The notes beneath the pieces are model-generated. The model was not told the DNA's origin. It saw only the letters and a list, made by a program, of their open reading frames with translations, and ran no database searches. From Phallusia mammillata (Eukaryota): a DNA stretch of 64,000 nucleotides. Made by a program: the position numbers and the translations under genes. Numbering within the stretch: position 1 is the stretch's first letter; each line of letters begins with the position of its first letter. Location: positions 930,001 to 994,000 of the forward strand of contig OZ281494.1 of assembly GCA_965637545.1 (NCBI GenBank), written 5' to 3'. This document shows positions 1-11,309 of this stretch, one piece after another.

Positions 1-370
1 ACTACATTGATAGTTACTCGAAACCAGGCAACAATGAGTTGTGAGTCAGTACCGTCGGCTAGGCATATGCGCAGTGTTTAATCATTGTTTTTTTAAGGTT
101 AACGAGGCAAGGAAAACAAAAGTCGATTCGCGTAAATGTGTTAAATATTGCTTTGTACAGCACACAGTCTGGTAGACATTCATCAAATACAGTGTTATAC
201 TGTTGTATGTGGATTTACATTAGTCATAAAACTTAAGCACAGCTGTAAATTAATTGTGATCCAAAGCCAAATAATACAATTTAGTGCAACTATACATAAT
301 ACAACTTAAAACGTTTGCAGTTGAAAATTATAGACAGATATGATTTGGTTATTGTGCCAAACCAAACGTG

Positions 371-3300
371 ATGACTTGGGCTTACATTAGCAAGATGTGG
401 TTATTCTTCTGATGGTTCATATTACAGCCAAACAGACAAAACGAAATGTCTGTTTCCTCATCAAAACTGTTAATATACGTTTGTTAGGCTGTATAATAGA
501 TAGGGTCAGCTACTTGCAATGGCCCCTAGTGGCTCCAGCTGATCCATTTTTGTTTGCGTCGTTGTTATTTCAATGTACATAACTGATTACTTACTGCGCG
601 TGAACGAAATAAATGAAGTGAATTGAAAATATAATTTTGCCATATGTTCCGATTATTTGTGCCCAAAGCACTGCAATTTACTTAACTTAACGTGATACGA
701 GGTAGCAACCTCAGTGATGAAATAGCAGCTGATGTTTTATTGAAAAAGTTACTTGATTTAGAAAACAGAAGTGGTTTCAAGCAACAGACAGTGCACAATG
801 TTTCAACCAATAAAATCTTATCAGTGCGGATGGTGACGAGAAGGCCGTTTTGGCCAGTGCAGCCATCCAGTTTGTTGTAAGTAACAGGCTATATGTCAAT
901 GCTTAACTTATTGTATAAAGCGAACAGATGAGGCATTAATTATCTTGTATACCGTGTTTAGTTGTTAAATTTAAATGCAAAATTCAAAGTTACAAGAAAG
1001 AAAAAAATTTAGTGTTGAAAAAAATGCTAAGTGCAATGGGATTTTGCCAGGTTGACTGTAAAGGAAGTAATGTTTAAACACAGAGGTTAGTAGACATGGT
1101 GTTATTGCAGTGTTAAGCTTTTAGTTACCACGTTTCTCACTTACAGTAAAACCACAGTAGAAACCTTGACAGCACGAAATTTACCGCACGACCTGTTCAC
1201 AAAAGGCGTAAGAGGGCACACTAACTAGAAGTATGATTACATGTGAATGTTTTAAATCAACTTAAAACCAACACGGGTGAACAGTGCTAAGTTTAAGCGC
1301 CCATCAGCATCCAAAACAATTCAGTACATGATTTGTGATACCTGCTGCTTTTGGTGTGAAGCCCATATTTACTCAACAAATGTAGACGAAGTTAAAAAAC
1401 TTCCGCATTCTTATAAATGAGTTCGACGTAAACAGTCCCGCCACTATAAGGAAGAAGCTTATATGAAAGACAATGCAACAAGAATTGCAGCATCGAGCAG
1501 ACAGATACGTTAGAGGATCGGTTTGCAGAAGCACATAGGTTCGCGGTTTGAGTTTGACAGGACGCAGTAGACAAGAAACCATCAAGCAAGATGAAACAAT
1601 AGGACCAGTATCAGTTACTTTATTTGAAAGTGGTTCCCTATGTTTATGTCGTATTTTCCGGGGCAGTGTTCGACTTATAAGTTTTGGCTATATTTATCTA
1701 CTTGGACGACTTAGAACCGTTTATGTTACTGAATTGAATTTAAGTTCGTATTTGCAAGAAGACTTTGCACAAAAAACAAACAAACAATAAAACCAGCAGA
1801 AATATACAAACTGATTTAGTTTTATTTTTAGCTTAAAGTCAGCAATATGACAGGAAGCAATATTTTTATGATATTGCTATTGGTTTATTATTCGAAAGGA
1901 CAAATCAACAGTAAGTACAACCATGTTTCCAATAATGAAAAGTTTTTGTTTTTATTTGTATTCTTGTATTTGAAATCCAGATATTGTCAAGTGAAAACGG
2001 GCCTCGATTTTTGACCTTTGTGACTTTCATCTTGGATTTAGTAACAATTGTATCTAAAGTGCCAGACATTATTCATTCAGAATCGCTTACAAACAAATTT
2101 ACACGCCACTAAAATTTTCAGGTCAAATTAAAACCAATAAATATCACAGGTTGCAGAAAGACTTTCCAAACAGTGAAGGACAGTGTGTTGATATTATCTG
2201 ACGATGAAAGGCATGCAAACAATGCACAGAAAAAATGTTCTTTGCTGGGTGGAAATCTTGCAATGACTAATGACCCACAGATCAACACAACTCTCACTCA
2301 ACTCATGACAGACAAATACACGACAGGTTAAGATGAAGCAAGAAAACGAGATAATTAAAATAATTTCGTTTTAAATCAGCTGTTTGCAAAAATATGAATT
2401 TTTTTTCATTGTGTGAATTTTTATGATCAAATATCATGTGATTTTTAAGATTCTTTTTCAGATTTGCAACGGGTTTATGTTTTTTACAAACCTCGTTATC
2501 AACAATACAAATACTCGAAAAGTCCGGTTGAAAATGGAACTTGGAAAAGTACAAAATCTCTCGGACATCTGTGGTATTTTGACTTGTACAAAAGGTAATA
2601 ACATCTGACATTAAGTATCCACTAATATTCAACAACAAAATGAAGGCTTAATTATTAACTAAACCGTAGTTATTGGAGGTTGCTACGTTTACTGTTGACA
2701 ATATTTTTTAGCAATCAGCAAAACAGAAGTCAAACAATCTTTTTTTGTGATGCTTGGAATAATCAACCTAATTACAAGTGGGGAGTAACTGTCGGAAAAA
2801 CTTGTGAAGGCTCGGATAAAAACGGACATTGGAACGGTTTGTGTTGAGCAGCTAGTTTGCACATTAATACATTACGTTTTATTTCCGTAACTTTTTCAAT
2901 TAGCAATTACAATCACTTTACAGCTACATTGAATTTTAAGAAACTTAACCAACTAAGCTTTTGTGTTGAATATACAAATAACAAGCCGTTGCAATTAAAA
3001 GTTATTTCGAAAGAAACGTAGTTTGCAAATTAGATTAATTTACAGTTACATTGGATTTTAAGAAACCCAATCTACTGAGGTGTTTGTGTTGAAATTAAAA
3101 TAAACATAGTTTAAAAACAAATGCAGGATGAAAAACCTTACATATTACTAACATCGACTTTTTTAATGAATGACGGTTTGTAGCGTGGACGTCACGATAT
3201 ACATTATTTGCTGACAACACCAGAAAACGCCAAAAGAGAATCTTTATTTATTTTGGTGGACGAAATGCATACAAACTGCGAAGTGTGAATGAGTCATATG

Positions 3301-6300
3301 AAATGTTCACAAAATACAAAGGATCATTCCGAACACCAGGTTAGTTTCTGCTGAAATTTAACAACAAAATATAAGCGATATTTCTTTACAGTAAGAAAAT
3401 CTGTTGCAAATTTTGTGTTTAAAGATATAAATGTCATTATTGGAACTCGTTACAACACCTCGTTGAATGGTTGGTATTGGAGCGATGGATCTCCGGCAAA
3501 CTTTCCTGTTTTCAATGTTACAACCTGCCAGCAGAGAGCGTTGCATTATGGGATCGGATGGGAGCAGTCAAGCATGAACTGCAGAGGGGAAGTGGCTTAC
3601 TATGCTTGTCAAGTGAAACGTGAGTAATGTAGCAAATTGGTTGGCTTAAATCTAGCTCAATTAATAATATGATTTACAAATTGAATATCGTATGCATTCA
3701 ATTACAAGCCACGGTTTGTAAAGTTGTTTTCCCTGCAGTTTACCTACATTTGAGGCCACATAGCTGTAAGAGGCCCTGACCTTTGACACTTTACCCAAAA
3801 ACTTAAGTCCGAAGCCGAATTGGTTGTGAAAAGTTGGTTGAAACCCGCTAGATTGATATATATATTGTCGTATGATTTCCACGTCTCAAAAAACTTAGAT
3901 GTGATCGGATATATTTTGAAACCAGTCGCTGAATGCTGTATCGCCTTCATGTACTGTCCGATATCCACCTTGTAACTTGGTTGTGGGGCATTTTAGGACA
4001 AGATGGTCTGTATCTTGCTTATCCGCTCCACAGTGTGGGCATTCCGAACTCGTTCTTTCGCCCCAGCGTTGAAGCATGTGGGCAGTGCGAGCATGTTTTG
4101 ATCGCAGTCGGTTCGCTGCTACCCAGTGACATCTATGTGCTAAGTCGAAACCTGGCAGTGGAGTTGTTGGGTCGTCTACTAGCTCTCCTCCAGCGGGCAT
4201 GTTATTAAAACAATATTGTTTCCATTCTTCAGTCATATCGAAAGTGTTTTATCAGTCTCGAAGTTGTAGATCGGATTTTAGTCTACGTGTTTTTGGTGCT
4301 TGTCTTATAATTTTGGTGAGGGGAATTTCCTCTGGAAGTGTTTGAAGATTCTGTATCATCTTCATGGCTGATGCTCTGCGTCGTAAGTTTGGGGGAGGTA
4401 TTGCACTCATTGTTGGTAGCCATGTAATAGGGGTGGATTTTAGAGTTCCTGATATTATTCGCATTGTTCTGTTCTGTTGGATGTCCAATTTTTTAGTGTG
4501 TGTACTACGCTCCCATGTTGAAGCACAGTATTCTGCAGCGCTGTAACACAAAGCCAAGGCAGATGTTCTGAGGACTGATTGACTTGCTCCCCATCTAGTG
4601 GCTGCTAGTTTGTTGATCAGTGAGTTTCTAGTTTTTATCTTGTTTGATAGTTTCTGCAAACGTTCTCTATAATTTAAAGTTCTGTCTAATGTTATTCCAA
4701 GATACTTCGGATTGGGGTCTGGTGGCAGTCTCTTTCCATCAATTATAATATTGAGTTGTTGGTTTGCGCGATGATTGTCCAAATGGAAAAGAGTTGTTAC
4801 TGTTTTAGTGGTATTCATTTGTAGATACCATGTCGTGAAGTATTCCCGGAGAGTGGTGAGATTAGCTGTGAGTTGGTTTTGAATCCTTGTTAGACAATTT
4901 CCTTGATAACTTAGTGCCCAGTCATCCGCATAGCCGAATTTAAGACATTTGGTTTTAGGCATGTCTCTGATGTATACGTTGAATAGTGTAGGGGCCAGTA
5001 CGGAGCCCTTTGTTACCAGTTTTTTATTTGAAAAGTTTTGCTGGTGCCGGATAGATTGATTGACAGATTCATACCATGAAAACCTAAAATAAGTAAGGCT
5101 AGAAAGAACAATAGAGAAGGCATTCATGATGGGTAAAAATAGACAATGCCTTAAACAGGACGGTTTCGGTTTTATTAGCACGGTTTATTCACACTCGAAA
5201 TTTCATCACCCGCTGTCATACGACATTTGATCATGCGTCAGTTATCAACCGCAGCTCTATCAAAAGGCTATTGATCATCAAGACATTTTTTTCACCCTAA
5301 CTTCAGAGTAGTGGCACCGTTTGGAAGTAGGTTAACTCCAGCAACTAACTGCTAATAGCTAGTATAAACTGTGCTTTTACAGAAATCGTCCTGAACCAAC
5401 GTGCGCTCAATACAGATTCAAGTTACAGATAATCATAATCAACACAGATTGATTGAGGTGTACTGAAAGCTTCAATTTACTAAGTTACTAATAGCTAGGT
5501 AACATTTTCGATGAAAAATTACAAACACAGAATGTGAAATCCGGCCCGAATCAAGCCCGAAAAAATCTGCAATGGCGGCTTACTGTCATGGCTATATTAC
5601 TTCTATATCTCTGTGTTATGATTTATTTCGTGACCCAAATAAATCGTTTGTCTCGTCAGTGATTGTTGACAAATAACAAATATAACCAAGTCACAGGTTA
5701 GAAATCTCATGACCGAGTAAAGTCTCTGGGAAAATTGACAGAGATAGGTTTTGCATATTCCCTTTGCTGCAAACAATAAAACCAAGTTTAAAATGCATTG
5801 CAAAACCGTTGCTGCATTTTAATTAAACTTGTTATTTCACTTTTAGTCAAAGCTACAGTGAAGAGAGATGCATGCAACGCTTCAACTGTGGTGGTCAGGT
5901 GGACTGGGCTTGATCAATTCATCAATAAACATAATCTCAGTGCAGTGGTAACATTTATCCAAAGCAGGTTAATTTTTTATAGATTGAGAAATGTGTTGTA
6001 CTTAGGTTGAAATCCATGTTTCGGTACTCAACGAAAGACATACAAGACCGTATTTAGATGAATCGACTACAATTGGAAATCTAAGTTTTAAAACAAAATA
6101 TCAATTAAAGGTATTTATTTCAAAAATGCGAATATTTTATTGTACATGACAGGTTAATGATAACCATCGACATAATCTAAAACAGTAACAACACGAAGTA
6201 GTCCAACAGTGTAATATGTGAGAATTGTGCAGAATTATTTGGATAATATTTAATTCACAGGTCACTGCAATTCTCTCTGGTTGCGTTAGATCGAACGTCA

Positions 6301-7938
6301 CCTTCACTCTTGACTTCACAACATTTCCTAACCCACCATCGAGCTGCTATCCTCCAGGTAATATAATATCATTGTTTGAGTAAAATGAATGATGTGGCAT
6401 TATTTCCTAAAAATTGTATGACTATGCATCAACAGTTGTTACCAACGCAACGACTTTTGAATGCAACGCCTCAACGATTGTTGTCAGTTGGACCGGACTT
6501 GACCAGTTTATTGACAAAAACGGATTAATTGCAAAGGTGAAGGAATTACTGTACTGCTAACACATCATTTTTCTTTAAATAGTCTTAACAAACATTTTCA
6601 TTTAACTTTATTCTACTTTTTTAACCACGTTTTGCCTTTTAACAAACCTTTAAGTTCGTAAAAAAATAATTTCAATCCAAGAGTTAAATGTGCTCAGGTT
6701 GAAGTTTACACACTTGCGTTGAAGGAGAAAATCCACGTCAAGTATTCAGACAAATCAGCAACTATACGACGTTTAACGCCTTCTACCGTCAATATTATAC
6801 AAGTAAGTGAGTTTCGTGCTATTACGAGACATGTGTAAGTCTTTTTGCTCACCTTTATTTTTTTACTAATTACTATATAAAGTCTATCTTATTACATTCT
6901 AAGCAGTAATGCAAGTGGCGTATCCGCTTAACTTGTTTGTTGTTTTAATTGTAATTAGATAACTACACGTTTATCGAAACCCTTTCAGAGTTTCAGTACG
7001 TCATATTATGATACTGCGACGCTTAGCTTTCTTCCGGCAATTGTAAACTCCAATTAATAACGATGCAGGTTTTTCAATGTTCGTATTAAGGATCACCAAG
7101 CACTGTTCTAAACAAACCCACCCTTTTTGCTTCAATATTTTCTAAACAAAACAAATTTGTCTTGTTATTTATTTCAGGTTACAGTGATTGTCACTGGTTT
7201 AATCAACACAAACATCACTTCCAATCTAACAGTAACAACTCCCGGTAATCCCCCTCCAAACTGTTTTCCTGGAGATAACACGGCCAATCCTAAAACAAGT
7301 GTTGGATTGATTGCTGGTCTGGTGATTGGGCTGTTGCTTCTGGTACTTGTCATTGTTGGACTGGTGGTCATCTTTATACGTCGAAGAAAAAGGTTTGTCT
7401 GGAACTGACCGGAAATTACGTTTCAACCCATTAGATAAATTAGTTCTGCTTCCGCTTCAAATAAACTAGCTGGGATAATCAACACAAATACGTTGTTTTT
7501 GCGCGCTAGCAACTAAACTCAGCCATTCGCATTGAAATTTTCTACGTATGCTTCATGATCAAATACAAGTTTTGTTTCGCTTGTGTTTTCTTCAGCTCGG
7601 TGGTTTGTCCAAATCGAAGCTCAGTAATTAACCAAACACATTTCTCACATTTCCAGATTTGAACCATCAATTATATTTTTGTTTATTTTTTGCAGAGCAA
7701 CACACGGTGAACCATCTACTAATTCAGTGGCAACTGCGCGTTCTCAACAACAAAGAACAGAAGGTAAGAGAAAAGTGCACAATAACATGAGACAGTTTTG
7801 AAAGTTGTTTCGACTTTTGCAGGGCCGTCTACCACTGGAAATGTAGATGAACATGAATATGAAAACTTCAGAACTGAATATGAAAACATGAATGCAACAA
7901 CAACAAACGCAAACGCTGCATACGAGGAAATACAATAA
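371..7938 (+). pseudogene. CTLD-FN3x2-TM receptor with Tyr-motif tail, paralog 1 (disabled signal exon; in-frame stop in exon C)
   Basis: Exons by GT-AG and phase: signal 371-447 (1-nt deletion gives TGA at 410-412), A 2150-2326 ([11 protein letters not shown]), B 2462-2594 approx, C 2712-2854 approx (TGA 2845-2847), D 3185-3340 approx, E 3425-3619 ([21 protein letters not shown]), FN3 5847-5947/6006-6110/6261-6357 and 6436-6536/6698-6802, FN3-end+TM 7178-7392, tail 7696-7763 and 7823-7938 ending YEEIQ*. Confidence 0.72.
3858..5051 (-). mobile_element. 5'-truncated non-LTR retrotransposon, Ingi/Vingi-like RT with C-terminal CCHC zinc knuckle, frameshifted
   Basis: ORF 4252-5181 has GSVLAPTLFN..YADD..KYLGITLD..WGA..LRTSALALCYS; ORF 3895-4236 has CPHCG..DTDHLVLKCP; 3' end reads CATACGAC then a TA-rich tail; candidate TSD TAGATTGAT at 3849-3857 and 5052-5060. 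Clade call is from motif recall, not a search. Confidence 0.8.
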
Positions 7939-8842
7939 TAATTAAACAAGTTGTCTCTCTTCTAAGTACTTGGTTCGCTTCCTTTTCTTTACTTTTCATT
8001 GCTTGTAAGACAAGTCTCGAACATTAAAAACACGTTTCAAGTCTGTATTAAAACTGTAATAACGAAATATTTCCTAATCCATCCTCAAATTCTCCTGGTG
8101 AATCTGTCCAATGTCTTGTTTGTTTGTTTGTTTCATTTTTATCCTGTTTTCAATTCATTGGATTTTATGTGTTATAGTTGACTTGCTGTTCTGGGTGACT
8201 GTTATTTAAGTTTATCAGAAAAACACAAGTGGTTTAGATCCCATAAGCGTGTGTTAATCACTAGGACACATCGTCTGCTTTCCTGCTTTAACGTGTGCAG
8301 CTTCAAAATCCTTGCTTTCGGTGTTAAACATTAATTCTTGTTTTTGAAATATTTGTAATGTAGTTCAAGTTGTTTCGATGCTTGCATATAAACGTAATCA
8401 TTTTCAACCAGCAGTTCCTAATTATTAGTAGCTACAGACTTTTCAGCTTGTTTAGTTTGCATGATGTTGCAGGTAGAACTAATTTTAGTTTTTTTCTTGA
8501 GAAAATAAGTCACACAAATTGAGCTGCCCTCACGTAACTGCAACAGATATAAAATACAATCGTTATACAACAAGCAAGTGTTATTACCGCAACCAAACTA
8601 AAAAGTAAATTGCAGGGAGATAAATCAGCCAGGTAGAGTGTTGTGCAACATTCCGAAAAGTAACTATATAGATTTTATGGACATCGTGTATGGAGAACTT
8701 AGGAAGTTGAACATAGTTTTGTACAACTTAATTTCCAGTCTTTAAACGGACATCAAATTCCGTTTTAAATCAAATCAAATTGAATAAAAAATGTCAAAAA
8801 CGTTTCATTCTATTGTTTGTGATTTACCACATTTAAGTTGAG

Positions 8843-8938
8843 AAAATCGAAAACCAAAGCAAAAACAACCAGAGAATATAGGACGTGTCACAATTACATG
8901 AAAACGTTGTGAGAAACCGATACAGAAATATTTTCCTT
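8843..8938 (+). pseudogene. Decayed PTP D1 'KNRY' exon behind paralog 1
   Basis: Aligns to intact exon 21543-21639 (AGAAACCGATACAGAAATATTTTCC = RNRYRNIF); has an in-frame TAG and a 1-nt loss before the GTAAG donor; flanking intron also homologous. Confidence 0.85.
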
Positions 8939-10103
8939 GTAAGTATTGAAACACAAAGTTTAAACGGGGGCTAGACTTTCCTAAACGTAGCTTTAAAATA
9001 TTTAGATCTAAGTTTTGGTCACAAGCTAAAGTCAGGAACGACATTTTTACACAAAGAACTTCAACTTTTGTGTTTTACTTCCTCGTTAGGTTACGACCTA
9101 GTCCAAAGTACAGGCTTTGTGCCTACAATCGAAACTGATACAATGCTGTCTAAGTTCCATTCACTTGCAGGAAGCAAGCCTCATTAGTTTAATAGCAACC
9201 GATGATTGATTGAAAGAACCCAAAATTCCTTTCATAAAAGTACGACGATTTTAATCTCTTTTTCACGACTTTTAATAATTGATATTCGAACATTTACTTG
9301 ATTTGGAAAGAAAAGAAGTTGTTTGCTGCAGAGAGTGAACAATGATTCGAAAACATGTTTCTAAAAGATCTTATTAATGCAGCTGGTGACAAGCGCATAT
9401 TGATAATAATACTTTGAGTTGAGCCATTGCTGAAGTTCGTGTTAAATGGAAATGTTTTGTCGAAAAAACGAACAGTATTTGTTTGATTAAGTTATCCAAA
9501 CTGGCGTACTAATTTCCGAAAGGCGTTCCTGATTTCGAGACAAAATAACATGCAAAATAGTAAGAACGCATATCCATGGGTCGCGAGAAACCACAAAACT
9601 GAATTTTGGGAAGTATTTGCGTCGCTTCAAAAATAGGGTGGGAACCACTGCACTAAGGTATGGTTTTCTTTTTTGTCGTACCAAAGAGCATTCATTGTGC
9701 GCGTTGCTCGTAAGCAGCAAAACAACGTGATTTTGTTGACAGCAAAAACTTATTACTTCATCTTTTTCATGTTTGTGTACATCAGTTGCTAACAAATACA
9801 TTTCTTCATTTTAATAAAAAACTGAAACCTGCCTGAACTAAAGCAATCATGAAACAAGTTGCTTGTATTATGATGTCAGAATTTAACAAAATGACAAAAA
9901 GTAACAGTTGTCACTACGTTTGGTCAAAAGCTATTTATGACCCACAAAAAATGAGTTATAAACCTAGGACGTAACTTGTTGGTGTTCGACCGAAGGATGA
10001 AGAGTATCGGATGTAATAAAAATGTTAAGAACCCATGGGTTAATGGATTAAACAACTTATTTAGCAAAACAATTGCTGAAATCAGTTTAACAACGAGTTT
10101 AAC

Positions 10104-10148
10104 AACCCTGATGAAGACGACCTGTATTGGACGTCGAAACGTCGGAAT
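10104..10148 (+). ncRNA. Minimal hammerhead-ribozyme-like motif (Penelope pLTR type), weak stem I
   Basis: CTGATGA-A-GACG..CGTC-GAAAC-GTC core with 4-bp stem II; stem I only 2 bp. Confidence 0.55.
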
Positions 10149-10200
10149 AAAATCACATTTGCCAGAAGAGCTCTTCAAACTTGAACGAGGTTTTTGTCCA

Positions 10201-10377
10201 GGTTTTAACAAAACCATGCAAGCAGTGAAGGACAGTGTGCTGATATTATGTGACGATCTTGTGGATGCAAACACTGCACTGGAGAAATGTTCTTTGCTGG
10301 GTGGAAATCTTGCAATGACTGCTGACCCACAGATCAACACAACTCTCATTCAAATCATGACAGACAAATACACAAAA
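10201..10377 (+). pseudogene. Orphan copy of CTLD exon A
   Basis: 177-nt AG/GT-bounded exon nearly identical to other exon A copies ([22 protein letters not shown]); no following B-E exons before the next paralog begins. Confidence 0.8.
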
Positions 10378-10909
10378 GGTTTAGGTTGCTGAAAACAAAG
10401 TGTTTTACGGTGCCTTCGAATACTGCAGGTCCGCTGTGCGCTAAGTGCGCTTGGTCCGGTACTTCGCTTGGTCCGCTAGGTGTACTACAGCGGGGGTCCG
10501 CAAATACTTTTGGCGCGACCCTAAAAAAATTGCTCTAAAGTAGGTTTTAGGTTTAGGGTTTACACAGTCGTTTTAAGCAAAGCAACAAACTTGTATGTGT
10601 CAGAACCGTAAGTAAATTCATTTTAACCACACACAGGAAATTGCATTGGAGAGAGTTACACGCAGCAAAGCCAAGCAACAACGTGAGTCAGCATCGTCGG
10701 TTAGGCAGATATGCAGTGGGTAGTCATAACTGTGGTAATGTTAACATCTTGAAGAAAGGAAAACAAATGCAGATTTGTGTACTGTTGTTATGTATTGCAT
10801 TGAACAGCACACTGTCTAGTAAACATTTATCAAATACTGTGTTGTACTGTTGTAGGTGGACTTACATACGTCAACAATTAAGCTCAGTTAGAGTTTGGTA
10901 GAGCTGTAG

Positions 10910-11081
10910 CAGTGTCGGGATTCACTCGGTTCGCACCGGTTCTATAGATTTTATGAGATCAGCGAACCGGTTAGCATTGCTGGTTACTGTCAAAGGGCGT
11001 TTTGTAACAGAACCGGCTATAACCTGAAAAATATGACTTTTGTGATAGAACCGACAGACAAAAAATTGAATCCCACCACTG
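10910..11081. mobile_element. hAT-like MITE
   Basis: Imperfect TIRs CAGTGTCGGGATTCA / TGAATCCCACCACTG; no matching TSD seen. Confidence 0.55.
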
Positions 11082-11309
11082 TCCAGAGGCAAAATAATTC
11101 ATTTTGGCTCAACTATATACGAGTAAAATACAACTTAAAACGTTTGGAGTTAAAAGCTGCAGACAGATAAGGTTTTGATGCACTTGCAGACAATACGTTG
11201 GCATAAAACTGTGCGATATGAAACAAAGCGTATAAACTGCTGCAAATGGTTACTTTTCACAGGTAGAAGTAAAAAGTGACCCTATTTTGTTCATTGAGAA
11301 GAACCAGGC

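Noticed and set aside
1320-1620. Cys-rich stretch (ICDTCCFWC) resembling a PHD-finger or transposon remnant
   Set aside because: Short, interrupted by stops, with no further motifs or ends; cannot be supported.
2423-2608. ORF-track reading of exon B (ICNGFMFF..), also at 11844-12032 and 17459-17653, which has no stops in any copy
   Set aside because: Differences among the four copies are mostly synonymous in the DLQRVYVF frame (CAA/CAG, TCG/TCA/TCT, CTC/CTT, TTT/TTC, TTG/TTA), and only that frame matches the phases of exons A and C.
3225-3242. Basic RKRQKR motif in exon D as a furin site
   Set aside because: The full R-x-K/R-R consensus is present only in paralog 1, not in paralogs 2 or 3.
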